Shown one piece after another: positions 41,466 through 57,139 of a stretch of DNA of 64,000 bases. The notes beneath the pieces are model-generated. The model was not told the origin of the DNA, searched no databases, and was given only the letters and a program-made list of their open reading frames with translations. How positions within the stretch are numbered: position 1 is the stretch's first letter; every line of letters starts with the position of its first letter. This stretch comes from the human T2T-CHM13v2.0 reference genome, Homo sapiens, in the NCBI RefSeq assembly GCF_009914755.1, contig NC_060928.1. One strand, written 5' to 3'. The translations under genes and the position numbers were made by a program.

Positions 41466-43089
41466 ATGAGATGATCACTACAGGGGCCTAATAGGGACCG
41501 GCTATTGACATGAAGATGGAAGAAATGATTGGGCCGGTTGAGCCAAGCTGTGGTGGCAAGAATATTAGATGGACTTCTGCATAATCCAGGGTTCAGGAAG
41601 TGTGGCCATTTTTCCCTGTTTGCACCCTCTCCTATGTCCATTAACTACCCACCTCACTCTTCTGCCTTCAAACTGTGTGTTTTAAGTTAATATGCTAAAC
41701 TACGTGATTCAAGCATCTTAACTTGGTCCTTGAGCCTTTCGGTTACATGAGCTTTATGATAGCTGGTCTTGGAGTTAGCATTGTATGAAGATAATCTCCC
41801 ACGGGATACCTTTGGGCAATTCTTTTCCCCTCAGAGGATGCCCTCGACACCAGATTTAGGAAAGCAAGCAACAGATTTGGAGTCAAGTCTCCTGTATTTC
41901 AGAATTATCTCAGCTACTAACCTCTTCAAGTTTTCATTGGCTCTAGATCTGTCGAATAAGAATGCTAATCCTTCACTCACAGGATTGTTGTCAAGGTTAA
42001 ATAATGACAGAGGTAAAAATATTTTGCAAAACCATTGTCACTTATATGACTTTTGTTGTGACACATAGATATAATATTTTTCTTAATTTATATCTCAGCA
42101 TTGAAAAGAATCCTAATTCCAGTCTTTTGGTGACAGGCTTACTCTGACTTGGAAAAATGAAAGTCCCAAGGATTTAGCAGGACTGGGGATGTGCCGCAGG
42201 TCCTCATTCCCTCAGGGAGGCCATAGAGATGCGGTTCACAGTATTGGCACCATTGGGAGGAAAGCCCACTCAGATCAAGGTACAGACCATTTCCATCTCT
42301 CTGGAAAGTTCCCTGGAGAGACTCCCATTCCCAGCGAACACTCCACCCACCCAGATAACACTATGCTGACTTGTATCAGCACACATTCATTTTGCCTCTT
42401 CTTCAATTCAACATCAGTGGGACTAGAAGGGATCCCACTATTTTCTCCAGACTTCCTTGCTCGTGGCTCAGCCAGGCAGGACCAGAATGGACTCAGAAGC
42501 TGCAGCATAGCTGAGCTGCAGCACAGCTGAGCTGCAGTGGCTAAGAGACAACTGCTCGAACCCCAGCTGTGATCAATAATTGATTGCAAGGATGATGTGC
42601 GGACACGAATCCCGGTGCCCTTCATCAGGCCGGGCAGCCTCAGGCAGTGGACCTAGTGCAAACTGTTAATAATTTTAACACATTTCACATGCACAGTTTG
42701 TTTCACCTCTCAAATAAATTAATTACGGAGACTTTAAAGGATTTTCAGAGGGAATCTCATTACCAACTGCACATTCTGCCCTCCCAATCAATAGTCTTTT
42801 CATTCTTACATAGCAAGTGGAAGAGAAAAAGGGGCTTAAAAAAAAAAACAAACTTCTTCCATTTCATCATCTCCAGCCTTGGTATTTAATAAATGCTCTG
42901 AAACATGCTCAAACTCTCAATTCCCACTGTGTGAGACTGGGCAAATTAAGTAACCTCTCTGAGCATCACCTTTAGAATACCTCCACCTTGAATGTCCATC
43001 ACCCTTGTTGTCCACATGAGAAACTCCTATTCATTCTACAAAATCCTACTGCATGCAAAAAAGGCAGAAGTTTGACAGGGTTATATCAC

Positions 43090-43325
43090 ACTTTAGGGTC
43101 AGACAGTCCTCCTAGATTCAAATGTTGCTTCAACTTACTATCTAAGGTGACTATGGCCAAGTTACTTAAGCCTCAGTCTCCTCATCTACAAAATGGTATC
43201 AATATACATGAGTCACATGTAGTTATGAGGAATAAGTGATAGAATGCATGGGAAGCCACTTAGCACAGGCAGGGCTGGACATATAATATGTGCTCAATAC
43301 CTATTGGTTATTGTTATTATTCATT
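43090..43325 (+). mobile_element. MIR
   Basis: gcctcagtctcctcatctacaaaatgg...gtgctcaatacctattggttatt. Confidence 0.8.
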
Positions 43326-43399
43326 TATTCCACAACTATGTAAGACAGACACCATGCTTAGGTAGAAGCCTTCCATGACCCATTAACCCAATCCAAACC

Positions 43400-43990
43400 A
43401 CCTCTCTTGACTGCATTACCTCTCTGCTTTGTGCTCCTTCTAATAACATTTGGGTCACATTCTGTTTTATATTTAGTGGAGTGGACTGTCTCCCTCTGTA
43501 AATGCTGAGCTTGGAGCTGGCAGGTACCAGTCTCATTTGGTTTTGCATCCACAGAGCTTAGTAGGGTATGTGGCCCACAGCAGACACTGATGTTGGTTGA
43601 ACAGTTGGCATTTAAAGCCTCATAATACAGGCTGGTGCAAGGTGCTACAGGAGCATGGAAGAAAAAGAGCCTAGTATATATCAAGGAGTCATGCAAAAGT
43701 GCTAGAGAAGGTGTCATCTAAGCCAAATCTTGAAGGATGAGTTGGAATTAGCCCAGATACAGAAGAGGAACTGCATGGCTGGAGAGGTCCCTGAAAAATG
43801 CTGCCACAGGTCCTGAGTCCCAGCTCTCAGTGTCTGGGAGAGCAAAGCTGCAGAAGAGGCCTCCAACATGCAGGTGCCTGTAGTCACAGCACCTAGGGGT
43901 GCCCCTGGCAGCAGACACTCCATGAGCCTTCAGACTAGAGATGAAGGTAGGAGCCAGATCTTAGGGAATGTTGGTGTATGCTAAGTAGCA
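43400..43990. mobile_element. L2 fragments
   Basis: tcttgaaggatgagttggaattagcccag; gtaggagccagatc. Confidence 0.5.
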
Positions 43991-43999
43991 ATGAGGTTA

Positions 44000-44329
44000 C
44001 CGATGCTCCTCAACTTACAGTGGGATTACATCTCAATAAACTCATCACCAAGTGAAAATACCCAACATTATAGCTTAACCTAGCCTACCTAAAACATGTT
44101 TAGAACACTTACAGTAGCCTACAGCTGGGCAAAATCATGAAACACAAAGCCCATTTTCATAATAAATTGTTGAATATCTCATATAATGACTAAATACTAC
44201 ACTGAAAGGGAAAAACAGAATGATTGTATGGGTACTCCAAGTATGGTTTCTACTGAATGCATATTGCTTTCACACCATCATAAAGACAAAAAAATTTAAG
44301 TTAAACCATCACAAGTCGGGGACCATCTA
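44000..44329. mobile_element. Tigger4/MER46-type TcMar MITE
   Basis: Terminal inverted repeats ccgatgctcctcaacttac / acaagtcggggaccatcta, TA flanks. Confidence 0.85.
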
Positions 44330-44655
44330 TATTTTGTAGGGGACAAAGGTGCTCCTGGAGGATTCCCGTGCTCCAGGTGCTCCTGGAGAAACACAGTCAG
44401 ACTTGTATTTTAAAACAAATCCCTCAGGAAACTAGTAGACTATGGCCTGTAGGGGAGGTGCTGAGGCTGGAGACTGCAGGAACGGTGAGGGTGGCCCCTG
44501 CCTGCTCTGCCCATTGTCGTATCTCCCAATGGCTAACGTGTGGCAGACGTGCAGTAAATATCTACGGAATGACCAAAGAAGGCATATCTAAGAGCCTGGC
44601 CTGGAGATCACTTAGGAGAAGTCCCTGTCACTGAGAAGCAATAAGAACCTGGACC

Positions 44656-44790
44656 AGGGCTGTCCAAAAGAACTTTCTGTGATAATGGAAATGATCTGTG
44701 TCTGAGCCAATTAATGTGGTAGCCACTAGCCCACATGTGGCTACTGAGCTCTTGAAATGGGACTAGTGCCACTGAGGAACTGAATTTATA
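44656..44790. mobile_element. MER3-type hAT MITE, truncated
   Basis: gctgtccaaaagaactttctgtgataatggaaat...gtagccactagcccacatgtggcta. Confidence 0.85.
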
Positions 44791-45157
44791 GCAATGCCCC
44801 ACTTCTCTGGTATGAATTTTCTGTATTAGTTCATTTTCATACTGCTTTAAAGAACTACCTGAGACTGAGAAATCTATGAAGAAAAGAGGTTTAACTGACT
44901 CAGTTCCACAGGCTGTCCAGGAAGCATCGCTGGGGAGGGGTCAGGAAACTTACAATCATGGCAGAAGGTGAAGGGGAAGGCAGCATGTCTTACATGACCA
45001 GAGCAGGAGGAACAGAGAGCAAAGGGGGAAGTGCTACACACTTTTTAACAACCAGATCTCATGAGAACTCACTCACAATCATGAGAACAAAAGGGGGAAG
45101 TCTGCCTCCATGATCCAGTCACCTCCCACCAGGCCCCTCCTCCAACATTAAGGATTA
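44790..45157 (-). mobile_element. MSTA LTR (missing its 5' tip) plus ~32 bp of adjacent internal 5' sequence
   Basis: tgtattagttc... LTR; minus strand continues gaaaattcataccagagaagtggggcattgcta. Confidence 0.85.
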
Positions 45158-45169
45158 AATTTAAGTACT

Positions 45170-46111
<942 letters not shown>

Positions 46112-46664
46112 CTAACCATTCATCATTTTATTTTAAAGAGCTTTTTAGACTCATCTACATACTTTTATGTATCATTCTTGTGCATAAAAGGTAATATATA
46201 CGTAAAATAAATGATTTACGGTATTAATTAAAACGCTTTAAATCAGTGTTAAACTCTGCTAACTCTCTTTTTGACTCAGACTGGGTAATGTCTATTTTTT
46301 CTTTTCTCATGTAATATCATACTCTGTGCCATCAAATGCAGTGATAATACAGCAATTTTTGAAAGAGTGCTGCGCTATCATCTCTGAAGGTATTCTTTGG
46401 AACCACTGACACCCATCCTGCAAGTCTTGGTGCTGAAACAACCTTTACCAAAAGGTATCAGTGGAAAGTTTTCAAACACAAACCTGGATTTATATTCATT
46501 CCTTGAAAGACCTTGGAATAAAGACCAAGTCCACTGCTTTATGAGCAATGACAACTACATCTCAACAGCCATTTGGCTGACATCTATTGTAACATTCCAT
46601 TGACTGTGAGACATATCCCGAGGTTAAAATACGAAAGTGTTCTCAGAGTCAGTGAAATTTAGTA
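46112..46664 (-). mobile_element. Kanga/Tc2 (MER104-like) pogo-type DNA transposon remnant
   Basis: Minus-strand peptide LAGWVS.../EMIAQHSFKNCCIITAFDGTE; MER104-like end ...ttctcagagtcagtgaaatttag. Confidence 0.65.
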
Positions 46665-47274
46665 TGTGCCAGGCAGTTTCATTCACATTCAATTGATATC
46701 CATTATACTCCTGTAACGTAACAGACACTACATTAGGCAACAAATTACATCAAGAAATAAGTCGTAGAATGCCCCGAAGAGACTACAGTATCTTATAACC
46801 CTCACAAGAACCCTGCAAAGTTGACAGAGATATCCCCACTTTGCTGATGATTTTTTACCACCTTTTACTATAATCCCCATTGTACAAACAATTCCAAGTA
46901 CAATTTTGCTTTGTAGGTTTTATAATTTAGTGGTGGAGCTTAGATAGCAAACCTGGTATTCCCTACTTTTAAATATACATGAAACCCACTAAAAAAGTAA
47001 AAGTAATAATAACACAATCCAGAACTGAACCGAACAGAGATTTAGCTGTTTCTACATAAAGGTTTTTACCAATTCTTTTAAAAATAAATTGTAGATAAAT
47101 ATCAAAGGCCCACTGTATCATATCTCTTGCACGAAAGTATGCTTATACTAGCTGTATCCAGTTATTATTCCAACGTGTGAGTATAAACATTCTCAACTCA
47201 ACTATTTTATAGTCACCAAAGGATGCCTTACATGTTACTGCAGACAGAAAAAAATATTTTTAATAGCCGCACTA

Positions 47275-47525
47275 TGGAGTAGCAGTTAGGAGCACAGACT
47301 CTAAAGCTAGGTTGCCTGGATCCAAATCTTGTGCTGCTTACCAGATGAGCGACCTGGGCAAGTTATTTATCTTGTCTATACCTCAGTTTCCTCTTCTGTA
47401 AAGTGGAGATGATGATGATTATATCTCTCTAATAATCTGTTGAGTATTAAATGAGTTAATGTGTATAAAGCATTCCAAACAATATATTGTATACAGTCAG
47501 CACTATATGAGCATTAGCCAAAATT
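47275..47525 (+). mobile_element. MIR
   Basis: gacctgggcaagttattt...cctcagtttcctcttctgtaaagtgg. Confidence 0.88.
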
Positions 47526-48935
47526 ATTCTTATACCCAGATAATTTTTAGATCTCAATTGGTGCCCTACCAGTATTACAGTCAAGATCTCAGTGCCCAAG
47601 AGTGATTGAATCAATCAATAAGTGAATGAATGGAGATTGCTTTTACAAGGGGCATTTCTGGGTAAGGGAGCAGCACATTATCTTTGCACCAATTGGGCAA
47701 ATACTCTGACCACCCCAGACATGCACATCAGCAAGTGAGTTATTGGACCATGAGATCTAAAGAGAACTCAGAAATCATTTTGTCACTTACGTAAAATCCA
47801 GTTCCAATTTTAAAATATCCTGTTTATAAGAGCTCGACTCTGAGTTCACTTAACTCTGAATGAATATTTTAAACATTATTTTCTACAGTGCCTCCAAAAA
47901 ATTAAGTGTCTTCAGAAGAATAACTTTCAATTAACACTAAACAAGTAAAAGGGAACTAGTTAAAGATCAATACCCATTTTTCCCTTACTTTATAATTAAT
48001 GGAGTGATTGCTTTGCTTTGACAACTACAACTTACTATGAAAAAAAAACACACACAAGCTTCAGGGTTGGAGACTGGGAGAAGTGTGTGAAATATACAGT
48101 TCTACTTACATATTCAGTATTCTACAGTCTCTTATTTTTCCTGAGGCTTTGTTTGAAAGCTTCTGCCTTTGCTCCGTTTTCACCCAATTTACTGAGAACA
48201 ATGATTTCAGCCTTCTGAATTTGTTTTGCAGGGAATTGAGACATGAGCATGTTGCAGCTTTTAGAAATGTTTAAAAAAGAACCGTCTCTCAGCTGCTATC
48301 AGGGGATTAAGGGAAGCTGGGAAGCTGCGCTGTTCGGAGCTGCATGGAGGAGCTGGTGAACCAAGGGGCACGGGGAAGGAATGTTATAACTGAAAAGAAC
48401 AGGGAGAATGGAAAATGAAATTTGGAATTGGAGCATGACGGGTAGGTCAGAAAACCCCAGTTCTGATCTGGTACTTGGGTACCAGTAGACACAGTTGGTC
48501 TTGCCTGCCCAGCATCCATTCCGTCATCTTTCCTTCCCTTTGCAGAGTTCCTCATCCCTCACTATCAGCTTGCAGATATCCAGTGGAACTGATCACTCTC
48601 ATCCCTAGAATGACCACATAATTTATCTTCAAAATTATGGCATTGTGAGAATAAAAGTTTTAAAAATTGTAATTATGTAGTTTTTGAACTATGTATTTAG
48701 TGACTAACAAATTTATTTTATTAAATGGGTGGGCCTATGAAATAGTCCTAGTCCTATTCAAAAACTGTTTTCAAAAATACATTTTTTCAAAAAAATAAAA
48801 CATATGCACAACCATTAGAGCAAAATATGAGTTGGGGAAGAGGGACATCGAATTTTATTTATATTGATTTTCTGAACATTAAAAATAACAAGCAAAATAA
48901 TTATTCTTCATACATCATTAGGTATTTCAATCAAA

Positions 48936-49236
48936 TTTTTTTTTTTTTTTTTTTGGATACAGAATCTCACTCTGTCACCCAGGTTGGACTGCAAGGGCCT
49001 GATCATGGCTCACTGCAGCCTCAATCTCAGTCTCAAGCATTCCTCCCACCTCAGCCTCCTGAACAGCTGAGACTGCAGGTGCATGCCACCACACTTGGCT
49101 AGCTTTGCGTGTGTATGTAGAGATGGGATCTCACTATATTTCCCAGGCTGGTCTAGAACTCCTCAACTCAAAGCAATCCTCCCATCTCGGACTCCCAAAG
49201 TGCTGGGATTACAGATGTGAACCACCATGCCCGGCC
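48936..49236 (-). mobile_element. AluJ-type
   Basis: Diverged Alu; TSD caatca. Confidence 0.92.
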
Positions 49237-49444
49237 CAATCATTTTCTTAACCATATCTGTCTCTAATACAAACTTGTATTTTCTGAAGAATTAATGATC
49301 ATTTTTAATATTTTCATAAAACTGCATGCACTATGACACTGGTTGAAAGCTTCAACTGACTCTCTTGTCTGTAGATTCAAACTTTTCCCATATCTAATTG
49401 TTGATAAGTAGTAAGGAAAAAAGTATGCCCGGCTGAAGAGGAGC

Positions 49445-50108
49445 TTTTTTTGGTTGTTTGTTTACTGTGGATATACTTTAGTCTTTTTTGTTTACAACTG
49501 AAACCCTTGGAATTCAAAATTAACATCCTTGCCAGTGAGCTTCTTATAGACACCAGAAAAAGTCTCAACCCTGTGTTCCACGTTGTTCTGCTGTGCTTTG
49601 TCTGAATGAACCTTCATGAGCCGGCTGCCATCCAGTTTCATGCAGAGTCTCTTGTGCACAATTTCACTTGGGAAAACCAAGTCCTCAAGGATGGCACCAT
49701 GCATGGCTGTCAGAGTACGGCTCCTGGGACACTTTTGCTTATTTTTTGTATGGCTTGAGTTGCCTTAGGCAGAATTCTCCCCTGAACAGTGAAAACAACA
49801 TTCTTCCCCACTGAACTTTTTCTCCAATTCATGTACTAGCCAGATGTGGATTTTCTGGAAAGATTCAGTTGAGGAACAGGAACAAAGATGATGATAGCTT
49901 TCTGACCACCACCAACTTCAATTTCCTTGGCTGCCATAATTCTCAGCTCCCTGAGCTGAGCCTGAGGTCCAAGTTCATCTCCAGCTTCAGAAGTGCCTGG
50001 AAGAGCTACACTCGAACATATTCAGCTTCCTGCAGCTGGGCTTCACGATCTTGGCGCTCTAACTGAACGTGGCCTCCTTTCTGAGCTCTGGCTTAAGAAG
50101 GGGCCCAA
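49445..50108 (-). pseudogene. RPS7: Processed pseudogene of 40S ribosomal protein S7 (eS7)
   Basis: ORF 49492-49704 [13 protein letters not shown]...[40 protein letters not shown] matches the RPS7 C-terminus; intronless; 5' part [30 protein letters not shown]; start ATG->ACG, early TAG, frameshifts; A-rich tail remnant. Confidence 0.95.
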
Positions 50109-50777
50109 GTATTACAAAAGCTTCTCAAATTCCAGCAGCCTGAAGAGATTTCTTTAAATTCAACATCAGCTTAATCACAAAAATTTTGCAGTTTTGTCAT
50201 TCAAACTGCAAATGTTTAAAAATTATATAAAATTGACAGGAAAGCTCTATTTTGATTCATAGAATATCACAGCCTATTCAGATGCATTTCTGAATTATGT
50301 GTACAGTACAACCAATTCCATGTACAATTTTCCTTGATAGGTTTCAAATTTAGTTTTAAAAAGTTGTTTTACCTTGACGTCATGTTGTTCCAAAAATTGT
50401 AAATGTATTTATTACCTTAAATAATTTTATCTTCAATGTTGATCTTTCTAACTTAATCTACAACATCCATTAGTCAGATGTTTCACCATTAATAGAACAA
50501 ATTTCCAAATTTGGTTTGTTTTCAATAATTGGGTGAAAAATGCAAACCCTTATAGATATTAACTAATTCTAGAAGTTAACTTTTCTATTTGAACCATCTC
50601 AGAACATGGATATAAAGCTGGCACCCATTTAACTGTCTGCAAATTTCTTTTTAATGGAGACAACACACTAACGGCTATCGTATTACTTTTTGTATTGCAC
50701 AAGAAAACTTGGTATAAAAAATAAGCAAACTGAATTTAGAAGAGCAGTCACTTGATCTAAAAGAAGAGTTATGATTC

Positions 50778-51086
<309 letters not shown>

Positions 51087-51311
51087 TCACAGAGGGGTAG
51101 GCAAAAGCACCTAAGGCCACGGCACATGTTAATTTATCATTATAAATCACAATCTTAAAATAACTACCAACACTGGAAGTAGATCCTGATGCTCCCATAG
51201 ACTTGTGCCTTCTGGTTTTCAAGTGGTCAGTGATAATATTATGCCCTCTCCCATATCTATGATAAAATCAATAAATATCTTCTACAAGTTAACCTTTATC
51301 ATCAACTTTCT

Positions 51312-51635
51312 TGTGGGTTTTTTTGTTTGTTTGTTTGTTTCTTTGTTTGTTTTGAGACTGAGTTTCACTCGGTTCCCCAGGCTGGAGTGCAGTGGCGCGA
51401 TCTCGGCTCACTGCAAACTCCGCCTTCCAGGTTAAAGCAATTCCTGTGCCTCAGCCTCCTGAGTAGCTGGGTTTACAGGCACGCACCACCACGCCCATCT
51501 AATTTTTGTATTTTTAGTGGAGACAGGGTTTCACCACGTTGGCCAAGATGATCTTGAACTCTTGATCTCAAGTGATCCACCCGCTTCGGCCTCCCAAAAT
51601 GCTAGGATTACAGGCATGAGCCACCGCACCCGGCC
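51312..51635 (-). mobile_element. AluS
   Basis: Perfect 15-bp TSD tatcatcaactttct. Confidence 0.96.
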
Positions 51636-52573
51636 TATCATCAACTTTCTCGAGAAATTAACATTCATTCACTAATTTTTCAACAAACAAGCACATTTTT
51701 TAACTCATTGATGTTAAAATAATATTAAAAGTCATTACAAAATAGAAAAAATATTACCAAACAATGAAACAAATAGTTGCAGATTTCACCGCATAGTAAT
51801 TGACAAAACCACTGTGGCAAGAACATTCAGATTATTTTCTATTATAATGTGTGCGATATGGAGGAAATGATGCACAGCATAGAGAATATAATGTGTACAT
51901 TACAGTGTACTCTCATTTCCTCCACATGCCTCATATACACCTGACTAGTTTCCATTTTTCCAAGTGATCCTGCCAGCTGGAGAGCTGGCAGTTCCAGGAG
52001 TCACACAGGCCTTGGCACAAGCCACAGCCCTCTTTCTGGTAACCTCTGTGGCCAGCCGGGCAGCAGCATCAAATACTTACCCCACTACCACCCGAGACCA
52101 AAAGAATTTGCAAGCCCAAGCTGCTCTTCCCTAAGCATCCAGCTTACTGCCCTTGAGGGCAGATATTAAGTTATTTCATGCCAGGGTCCAGACAAGGGAG
52201 TCATCATGGCTGGATGACTTTTAGATTTAACTACGGACTAAACTCAAGTGTCTTCACTACATGTTTCTCTCATTTGACCAGAGGAGTCTATGGCAAAAGG
52301 TGGAAATACAAAGTAGAGGTCTACCAAAATACATTTTCGTGTATTTTTAATGTCACTATTAACAACATTTTATTAAAAATAAAGAAATCAGGGTAAATGC
52401 TAAACTACCCAGGAAAGATAACAGGCACAAACTTAGACCCTCTCCTATAAACCAGAGCACATGGTCATCAGAGAGACAGGCACCTCCTAGCCTGGCCTAT
52501 CAAAGCTCTGCAGCCTCCTGGCCACAATGATTGGTTCCAAGTTGAACACACATGACTCTTCTTAAACCAATGA

Positions 52574-52878
<305 letters not shown>

Positions 52879-52929
52879 TGAAAAGGACAAAGAGATGATC
52901 TGCTGGTCAACAAATCTCAAATATTTATA

Positions 52930-55535
<2,606 letters not shown>

Positions 55536-55704
55536 AGGTAATGAGGAGAAATAAACTATTCAGAATTTTGAATCGTGTGTGTGTGTATAGCACTTATTGA
55601 GCCCAAATAATTCTCCACTCTCCTGGATGCCATGCAAAAAAAAAAAAAAAAAAAAAAAAACCACAAAGAAGAATAAAAAATCTTTGGCTTTTAAGGAATT
55701 TAAA

Positions 55705-55937
55705 GGCAGAAGTGAGTGCATGAGACAGACACAGAAAGTATGGGGGCTCGACTCGCTTTATAATAACTCACTCATGCGATAACTAACCCGCCTCTGCGAG
55801 AAGGACATTAATACATTCATGAGGGCTCCACCCTCATGACCCAATCACTGCTGATTAGGCCCCACCTCCCAACAGTGTTGCACTGGGGATTGTTTCCAAC
55901 ACATGAACTTTTGGGGGACACAGTCAAACCATAGCAG
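55705..55937 (-). mobile_element. MST/MLT1A-type LTR fragment
   Basis: cattcatgagggctccaccctcatgacccaatcac...aaaccatagca. Confidence 0.8.
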
Positions 55938-56579
55938 TGTGATTCTGGCTTTAACTGCAGTTTCCCTCATTAGAGAACTACTGGATCTTTAGGGAATGAA
56001 ATGTTCCAGTCCTGATCCAGTTGTGTATGTTCTTTTGAAGTCTCCTGTTTACTGACATGTCAGGCTACCTTGCCCCATGTTTCACTGGCTAATTGAGGAG
56101 AGTTATCTGTTTCTCTGCCACCGCTCAAAGGCTTCATTGTCATCTACATTTCTAAGCTGTAGTTTTCATTACCCCTCATTTGATACCTCATAGATCTGTG
56201 CCTTGGTGGAACTTATGGAGGCTCAAATTTCTCCAATTATACTCTGTAAAATTTCCTGCTGCTGCAGCCTCTTTCTCTCAACTGTGAGGTCAAGGACTAC
56301 ATCAACATTGGGTTTTAGTAAAAAGAGAACAATTTCCAAACTGTTCTTAAAAGTTTCCCAACATTTTGAAAGGAAAAAAAAAACCAAATCTATTATTACT
56401 TACTGGGTTGTGCTATCAAATATCCCTTCACCATCTGCAAAGGTCAGGGTTTTGTTTTCTAACAATATATTGCCCACTTATTAGGATGACAGCAATCAAG
56501 TGTAAATGTCACTGAAATGGTATAGACAATAAACGCCATAGAAATCTACAAAAGAGAACTCTCACTTCCCGAGCAGACT

Positions 56580-56830
56580 TCCATTCATTTGCTCACTTAT
56601 CCATTCAATGAATATTTATTGATAATCTACACACACCAGGCACTGAGCTAGGCAGACATAGCCTCTGCCATCGTGGAGCTTTTAGAGATATACAGAAAAT
56701 AGTCACACAGATATGGAGATAATTACAAAGTGTGGTAAGTGCAATGCAAAAAAAAAAAAAAAGTGCAGAGAGCTATGAGAAAAAAAATAGCCAGCATGGG
56801 AATGAAATTTAATTTAGATTTAGAGGGAAA
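56580..56830 (-). mobile_element. L2 3' fragment
   Basis: cattcatttgctcacttatccattcaatgaatatttattg...ccaggcactgagctagg. Confidence 0.65.
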
Positions 56831-57139
56831 GTAAGATTTAATTGGGCTATAGGCAATAAACGAGATTTATTATGATCAGAGTCTAAACAACAAAGAAAAT
56901 GACTGAGTGTTGAGGCCTCTCAAGAGAGTCCCAAACAATTGAAGATAATTATGATGACTTCTAGGTAACAGCAGGTGGTGACCTCTAACAGGTCAGGGGA
57001 CAGTGATGTCCCATCATGAGCCCCTTTCAGAAACTTGGGACCTCTTCTGACACAGGTCTGATACTCACCTCCTGCTCAGATTCACTCCCACCAGTGGCGT
57101 TCCCCAAACTGTGATGCTGACGAATCTGTGTTTTGGTGT

